Shown here: positions 58,632-64,000 of the stretch, piece after piece
Layout of the letters: each line of letters opens with the position of its first letter
Numbering within the stretch: the stretch's first letter is position 1
Assembly: GCA_049320885.1 (NCBI GenBank)
Contig: JBMORA010000009.1
Location: forward strand, 384,001-448,000
DNA from: Thermodesulfobacteriota bacterium
GTDB lineage: Bacteria > Desulfobacterota > Desulfobacteria > Desulfobacterales > SURF-7
Length of the DNA: 64,000 nt
Direction: 5' to 3'
Notes under the pieces: generated by a model
The model's input: the letters and a program-made list of their open reading frames with translations, nothing else
What the model was told of the DNA's origin: nothing
Database searches by the model: none
Translations under genes and position numbers: made by a program

Positions 58632-59950
58632 GTCCGCTCTCCGAAAAGATCATAATCCTGGGCATCGGTTATGGTGACTTGTACGATATCTCCGCTGGAA
58701 AGAAACGGGGAACGGACATAGGTGAGTCCATCCACTTCCGGGGCTTGAAAAACCGTGCGTCCGAACGGAACGCCTTCCTCGCTTTGTCCTTCAATTAACA
58801 CCGCGTATTCCCGCCCGATCCGGCGCTGGTTGATTCCAAGGGAGATATCCGCCTGACAGGTCATGATGGACTCCCTTCTGCCGGCAGCAGTACGGGGGTT
58901 CACCTTGCGGGACAGATGATAGGACGGCAGTTCTTCCGCATCGGAATAGGTGAACGCGCCTAAATGATCGAAGCGGACTTCTTGTATGAAATCGAGAAGC
59001 GTCTTGAAATCGGTGGCGGTTTCTCCCGGAAAACCGACAATGACCGTGGTGCGCAGGGAGGCGTCCGGCACATATTTTCGAATCCTGTCGAACAGTCGTA
59101 TCAAGTCGCGTCTGGTGTAATTGCGTCCCATCCGTTTCAGCACCGGATCGCTGGCGTGTTGGATGGGTATATCGAAATACGAGCATATATTGGGATGCTC
59201 GGCAACCGTCTGTAATACTGAATCCTGAATGGATTCTGGATGACCGTATAGAAATCGAATCCAGGTATCCGGATTGGCGGCGGCGAGATTCGCGAGCAGA
59301 TCGGCGAGGCCAGCTGGGGGTTCGAGATCGTTGCCATAGGCGGTGGTATCCTGGGCCACCAGAACCAATTCCCTGGTCCCCGCAGCGACAAAGGCTCCGG
59401 CTTCTTCCAAGATATGCGCCGTCTGCCTGCTGCGATGTCGTCCCCTCAGCCTGGGAATCATGCAATAAGTGCAGTGTTTGCTACAGCCTTCGGCGATTTT
59501 GAGATATGCCGCTGGAAACGTAGTGGGCGTTCTCCGCGGCGATTCATGGCCGATCTCCCTTGTATCCGGATCCGGTAAAATACAGGGGCGCGATTCCCTT
59601 TCCAGATTGTTTTGGATAATGGTTACGATCTGTTCGTAGGTTCCGGTTCCGAGAAATAGATCCACTTCCGGAAGGGACTCCGCCAGTTCCTGGCGGTATC
59701 TCTCCGGCAGGCATCCTGCCACCACCAGCTTGCGGCGGGGGTCGCTTTTCTTGTATTCGGCGAGTTCCAGGATGGTATCGATGGATTCCTCCACGGCTGT
59801 TTCTATGAAACTGCAGGTATTGACGACAATGACCTCCGCCATGGACGGTTCTTGCACAATCTCCCAGCCGGCAAGGGAAAAGCCGGCCAGCATTATTTCG
59901 CTGTCCACTAAATTCCTGGCACAGCCAAGGCTGACCAGGTGGATTTTCAT
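58619..59950 (-). CDS. rimO: ribosomal protein S12 methylthiotransferase
   Basis: SLGCARNLVDSE, NTCSFI, CSKHCTYC, APEVDG; ATG 59950. Confidence 0.95.
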   Translation of the reverse strand: MKIHLVSLGCARNLVDSEIMLAGFSLAGWEIVQEPSMAEVIVVNTCSFIETAVEESIDTILELAEYKKSDPRRKLVVAGCLPERYRQELAESLPEVDLFLGTGTYEQIVTIIQNNLERESRPCILPDPDTREIGHESPRRTPTTFPAAYLKIAEGCSKHCTYCMIPRLRGRHRSRQTAHILEEAGAFVAAGTRELVLVAQDTTAYGNDLEPPAGLADLLANLAAANPDTWIRFLYGHPESIQDSVLQTVAEHPNICSYFDIPIQHASDPVLKRMGRNYTRRDLIRLFDRIRKYVPDASLRTTVIVGFPGETATDFKTLLDFIQEVRFDHLGAFTYSDAEELPSYHLSRKVNPRTAAGRRESIMTCQADISLGINQRRIGREYAVLIEGQSEEGVPFGRTVFQAPEVDGLTYVRSPFLSSGDIVQVTITDAQDYDLFGERTCAT

Positions 59951-60006
59951 TGGTCGATATGAGGGCAACCTTCGGTCCCCGATCCTCAAGAGTTGGAAAT
60001 CAGCTG

Positions 60007-60828
60007 TCAGCTGCCGGTAAAAATCGGTTTTCGTTTTTCCGAGAAAGCGGTAACCGCCTCCATGAGGTCATTGGAGGGGATGATATTGGCACTGATGGAA
60101 GCCACATACCGCAGCCCGTCTTCAACGGATTTGCCGATACCGTAATTGAATACCTCTTTGCTTGCCTGTACAGCCAGGGGTGAATTTCCGGCGATCTCCA
60201 TTGCCAGCTTTTCCGCATTTTCGAGCAATGAATCCCGATTTTCGTAGACCTCATTGACCAGCAGGATTTCCTTGGCCCTGGCCGCCGTGATGTTCCTGGC
60301 GGTATAGGCCAGTTCTCTGGCATGTCCCTGGCCGACGATCAGGGGAATCCGCTGGAGCACACCCACATCCGCCACAAACCCCACCGCCGCTTCCCGCAGG
60401 GAAAAAACGGCATCGGCGGAGGCCAGCCTTATATCACAGGCTGTCGCCATGTCAAGCCCGGCGCCGATACAGTAATTGTGAATGGCGGCGATGACCGGTT
60501 TGCGGCATGTTTCGATACAGGTGATGGTTTCCTGGAGTTCTCTGATCTTGGGGATGAGCTTCCATTTGATCCCGCCCCGCTGACCGCTGTCCATCAGTTC
60601 CGGCAATTCCGGCATCATGCCGATGAGATCGATTCCGGCCGAGAAGCAGGGGCCGTTTCCGGCGATGATGACCACACGGATATCCGGGTCCTGATCCAGA
60701 TCGGCAAAAATCAGCGGGCTCTCCCGCCAGGCCGGAGGATTCATGGCGTTTTTCTTTTCCGGCCGATTCAGGTACACCCAGGCAATGGGCGGTTTTTTCT
60801 CCACCAGGTAAAATTTGTATTCTTTCAT
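60007..60828 (-). CDS. crotonase-family enoyl-CoA hydratase (dienoyl-CoA isomerase-like)
   Basis: NRPEKKNAM, FSAGIDL, ADVGVLQR; ATG 60828 with AAGGAG RBS. Confidence 0.88.
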   Translation of the reverse strand: MKEYKFYLVEKKPPIAWVYLNRPEKKNAMNPPAWRESPLIFADLDQDPDIRVVIIAGNGPCFSAGIDLIGMMPELPELMDSGQRGGIKWKLIPKIRELQETITCIETCRKPVIAAIHNYCIGAGLDMATACDIRLASADAVFSLREAAVGFVADVGVLQRIPLIVGQGHARELAYTARNITAARAKEILLVNEVYENRDSLLENAEKLAMEIAGNSPLAVQASKEVFNYGIGKSVEDGLRYVASISANIIPSNDLMEAVTAFSEKRKPIFTGS

Positions 60829-61006
60829 CGGTGACTCCTTCAAGGTTCGATGTGGTCGTGTCTTCACCAGGCCGGTCCGTTGGCGCTTCGAAATCCATCG
60901 ATGACGAGCGGATCGAATCGCTTCCGTCTTACCATAAGACCGCGATATTATCAAAGACATGTTGACCGCAAAAAAGATTGACATCCTTCGGGTATAACGC
61001 TATTCG

Positions 61007-61024
61007 TATGAACAATTGATCATA
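61007..61024. promoter_or_regulatory. ArsR/SmtB operator
   Basis: TATGAACAATTGATCATA near-perfect palindrome 11 nt before the ArsR start. Confidence 0.75.
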
Positions 61025-61035
61025 TATGAGGATGA

Positions 61036-61401
61036 ATGGAGATCCAGGAAAACAAAGATATCTGTCAGGCGCTATGGGTTCATACGGAACGGGTCGCCCA
61101 GGTCAAAAAAGCGATGCATGCCGATGGTCTTTTATTGGAATTGGCCGAAGTTTTCAAAGTGTTGGGGGATCATACCCGGGTTCGGATCCTTCACGCCCTT
61201 TCCCTGGCGGAATTGTGCGTATGCGATATTTCCCTGCTGCTTGCGGTAAGTCCTTCGGCGGTCTCCCATCAGCTGCGGATCCTTCGGGCCGCGAAGATCG
61301 TCCGGTTCCGTAAGGAGGGTAAAAATGTGTATTACAGTCTGGATGACGAGCATGTCTTCAATCTGATCAGTGAAGGCATGGCCCATGTGCGGGAGGGATA
61401 G
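61036..61401 (+). CDS. ArsR/SmtB-family metal-sensing repressor (SmtB/ZiaR/CadC-like)
   Basis: ELCVCD, SAVSHQLR, alpha5 site D-x-H-x10-H-x2-E, N-terminal Cys/His. Confidence 0.92.
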   Translation: MEIQENKDICQALWVHTERVAQVKKAMHADGLLLELAEVFKVLGDHTRVRILHALSLAELCVCDISLLLAVSPSAVSHQLRILRAAKIVRFRKEGKNVYYSLDDEHVFNLISEGMAHVREG

Positions 61402-61415
61402 GGTTTTGGACAGTG

Positions 61416-61444
61416 TTGACAAGCTTCGAAGGTCGACTTATTTT
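61416..61444 (+). promoter_or_regulatory. sigma70 promoter upstream of feoA
   Basis: TTGACA-17-TATTTT. Confidence 0.55.
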
Positions 61445-61556
61445 CACAGCCTGGCTTTCAGGCCCGTAGCGGTTATCGTCAGATCAGGCGGGCGTCGCGG
61501 CGGGTTTGTCGCGCCTGCGCCGAAAAGTTCGTACAAGCATGGGAGTATGCCGGCAT

Positions 61557-61784
61557 ATGCAGCTGAGCGAAATGAAAGAAGGGCAGCGGGGGGTCATCAC
61601 CCGCATCGGCGGTAACGGCCCCTTGCGTCGCCGCATTCTGGAAATGGGCATGTTGAAGGGCACGGAAGTGTACGTGGAAAAATACGCCCCTCTCAAGGAT
61701 CCCGTGGAACTGATCGTCAAAGACTATCATGTTTCCCTGCGGGTGGAAGAGGCCGCCCAGATTTCGGTGGATCTCATTCGATAA
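61557..61784 (+). CDS. feoA: ferrous iron transport protein A
   Basis: RRRILEMG, APLKDP, SLR..EA; start ATG 61557. Confidence 0.92.
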   Translation: MQLSEMKEGQRGVITRIGGNGPLRRRILEMGMLKGTEVYVEKYAPLKDPVELIVKDYHVSLRVEEAAQISVDLIR

Positions 61785-61795
61785 GGAAACCCGCC

Positions 61796-63976
61796 ATGGA
61801 GCCCAACGCCATCACCATCGCCTTGGCCGGCAACCCCAATTCCGGCAAGACCACGATTTTCAACATGCTGACCGGTACGCGCCAGAAAGTGGGGAACTGG
61901 CCCGGCGTGACAGTGGAAAAAAAAGAAGGCCGGATCAGGAAATACGGATATGATCTCAATATTGTGGACCTGCCGGGCACTTACAGCCTGACTCCTTTTT
62001 CCATCGAAGAAATCGTGGCCCGGGATTATATCCTGGAGGAAAAACCGGATGTGGTCATCGACATCATCGATGCGTCCAATCTGGAGCGCAGCCTGTATCT
62101 GGCGACCCAGCTGCGGGAACTGGATTGCAGCAAGGTACTGTTTGCGCTGAATATGCACGATCTCGCACGATCCCGGGGGATTAAAATCGATGCCGACAAG
62201 CTTTCCGAACTGCTGAACGTGCCGGTGGTATTCACGGTGGGCAACAAAAACGAAGGCATGGACACGCTGCTGAAGGCCGCTATCGAATTGGCGGAACAGG
62301 AGAAGACGTCCCAACAGAAACGCCGGGTTCAATACAACAAGGACATCGAGGAGGCCGTCGGGGCGCTGCAAAGACAGATCCGCGATCTGGGCTGCGCCAG
62401 CCTGGGATACGATCTGCGCTGGACCGCCATCAAACTCTTGGAAGATGACACGATTCTGAAAAAACGGCTGGTGGAGAAAATGCCGGAGCAGGCGCCGGTC
62501 ATTCTGGACGCGGCCGGGATCCAGCGGACGACCCTGACCCGACGACTGGACGAGGAACCGGAAATCATCATGACCGATGAGCGCTATGGGTTCATAGCGG
62601 GGATTGTCAAGGAGGTCCTGACGACCTCGCGCAGCCAGCGGATTGATATCTCCCGCAATATCGATATGGTGCTGACCAACCGTTTCCTGGGATTTCCCAT
62701 TTTCATCCTGCTGATCTGGCTGATGTTTCAATTGACCTTTACCATCGGCGCCTACCCCATGGAGTGGATCGAAGAAGCCGTATCCGTATTTTCCGGCCTG
62801 CTTTCTTCTCACCTGCCGGACGGCATCCTGAAAGAACTGATTCTGGATGGGATTGTCGCCGGAGTGGGCAGCGTGATCGTTTTCCTGCCGAACATCTTGA
62901 TTCTGTTTTTTTGCATCGCCTTGTTCGAGGACACCGGCTATATGGCCAGGGCCGCTTTTTTGATGGATCGCATCATGCATCTGATCGGACTGCATGGGAA
63001 ATCCTTCATCCCAATGCTCATGGGTTTCGGTTGCAATGTACCGGCCATCATGGCCTCCCGGACGCTGGAAAGCGAGAAAGACCGTATTCTGACCATCCTG
63101 ATCACCCCCTTTATGTCTTGCTCCGCCCGGCTGCCCATCTATATTGTGTTGGCCGGGACTTTTTTCAGCCGCAGGGCCGGCAGCGTTTTGTTCGGTATTT
63201 ACATGGCCGGCATTATCGTCGCCATTGTGAGCGGACGACTGTTCCGTTCCACCCTGCTCAAAGGAGCCGACGCGCCATTTGTCATGGAACTGCCGCCCTA
63301 TCGAATGCCCATGGCCAAGAATCTTCTGATTCACATGTGGGATCGCAGTAAGCTTTTCCTCAAAAAAATGGGGGGCATTATTCTGGTGGGCTCGGTGGTG
63401 GTCTGGGCCTTGTCGGCCTTTCCGCGGCAGGTGGACTTCTCCATCGATTACGCTGCCGCCAAGCGACAGCTGGAAACCGAATTCAGCCGGCGGTTGGAAT
63501 CGGTTTCCATTGCCGACCGCCCGGGCTTGCTGCAGGAACAGAAGAATCGTCTGGCAAGGCTGGATACCCTCCGGCAGATGGAAAAAAGCGAGAAATCATG
63601 GATGGGCTCCATCGGCAAGGCCATAGCACCTGTTTTCGCACCCCTTGGAATCGATTGGCGTGGCGGCGTGGCCCTCCTGACCGGTTTTGTTGCCAAGGAG
63701 ATCGTCGTGAGCACCATGGGCGTACTCTACGCGGCTGAGAACGAAGCCGAAGCCCTCCAACAGTCCCTGGCGGTTTCCGGCATGACTCCCCTGGGAGCCT
63801 TGGCCATGATGCTGTTCGTACTGCTGTATGTGCCCTGTCTGGCCACGATCACGGCCATTTATCGGGAAACCGCCGGTTTGAAATGGACCCTTTTCAGTAT
63901 TGCTTACAGTACCCTCATAGCCTGGACGGCGGCGTTCCTGGTATATCAGGGCGGCCGACTTTGCGGATTCGCCTGA
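61796..63976 (+). CDS. feoB: ferrous iron transport protein B
   Basis: GNPNSGKT, GNWPGVT, DLPGTYS, GFGCNVP, FMSCSARLP, AKEIVV. Confidence 0.96.
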   Translation: MEPNAITIALAGNPNSGKTTIFNMLTGTRQKVGNWPGVTVEKKEGRIRKYGYDLNIVDLPGTYSLTPFSIEEIVARDYILEEKPDVVIDIIDASNLERSLYLATQLRELDCSKVLFALNMHDLARSRGIKIDADKLSELLNVPVVFTVGNKNEGMDTLLKAAIELAEQEKTSQQKRRVQYNKDIEEAVGALQRQIRDLGCASLGYDLRWTAIKLLEDDTILKKRLVEKMPEQAPVILDAAGIQRTTLTRRLDEEPEIIMTDERYGFIAGIVKEVLTTSRSQRIDISRNIDMVLTNRFLGFPIFILLIWLMFQLTFTIGAYPMEWIEEAVSVFSGLLSSHLPDGILKELILDGIVAGVGSVIVFLPNILILFFCIALFEDTGYMARAAFLMDRIMHLIGLHGKSFIPMLMGFGCNVPAIMASRTLESEKDRILTILITPFMSCSARLPIYIVLAGTFFSRRAGSVLFGIYMAGIIVAIVSGRLFRSTLLKGADAPFVMELPPYRMPMAKNLLIHMWDRSKLFLKKMGGIILVGSVVVWALSAFPRQVDFSIDYAAAKRQLETEFSRRLESVSIADRPGLLQEQKNRLARLDTLRQMEKSEKSWMGSIGKAIAPVFAPLGIDWRGGVALLTGFVAKEIVVSTMGVLYAAENEAEALQQSLAVSGMTPLGALAMMLFVLLYVPCLATITAIYRETAGLKWTLFSIAYSTLIAWTAAFLVYQGGRLCGFA

Positions 63977-64000
63977 AGGAAAGGAAACCGTGATCAAAGG

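Noticed and set aside
375..63334. Many long antisense or alternate-frame ORFs in the track (e.g. 375-1658, 6191-7735, 8009-9703, 16175-18436, 21723-23264, 26382-28100, 61727-63334)
   Set aside because: They shadow well-supported genes, lack motifs and are expected in GC-rich DNA
1..64000. CRISPR arrays, rRNA, IS transposases, reverse transcriptases, prophage genes
   Set aside because: None seen in the sequence or the ORF track
63990..64000. GTG start of a gene after feoB (AAGGAAAGGA RBS)
   Set aside because: Only three codons are inside the window

Overview
GC-rich chromosomal window, most likely from an anaerobic Desulfobacterota (deltaproteobacterial) bacterium, judged from gene content rather than any database match. 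The left half (1-30.5 kb) is accessory/redox DNA. It holds a candidate sigma54-driven sRNA and a PAS-PP2C phosphatase. Next comes a six-gene minus-strand redox operon (thioredoxin, ASKHA/RACo-type activator, CoA-persulfide reductase-rhodanese, Tat Fe-S protein, NrfD/HybB, 13-heme c3-OTR fusion cytochrome) divergent from a Cys-PAS sigma54 activator. It also contains a selenocysteine peroxiredoxin that the ORF track splits, a DUF4143 ATPase, two chimeric pseudogenes, birA-pyc behind a structured terminated RNA, a sigma54-promoted subtilase carrying an N-terminal Fis-type HTH ahead of its signal peptide, and a FAAL-molybdoenzyme pair beside tRNA-Val(CAC). The right half is mostly housekeeping: scpBA, trpS, CBS tRNA nucleotidyltransferase, pilC-pilS, lysS-lolCD-bamA-skp-lpxD-fabZ-lpxA-msbA, PilZ/KH/Csp genes, ispB-rimO and ArsR-feoAB. 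No CRISPR array, rRNA, integrase or transposase was seen. The best novelty candidates are the HTH-signal peptide-subtilase with its enhancer architecture, the redox operon and its 13-heme cytochrome, and three unannotated structured RNAs. All family assignments are by eye from motifs.
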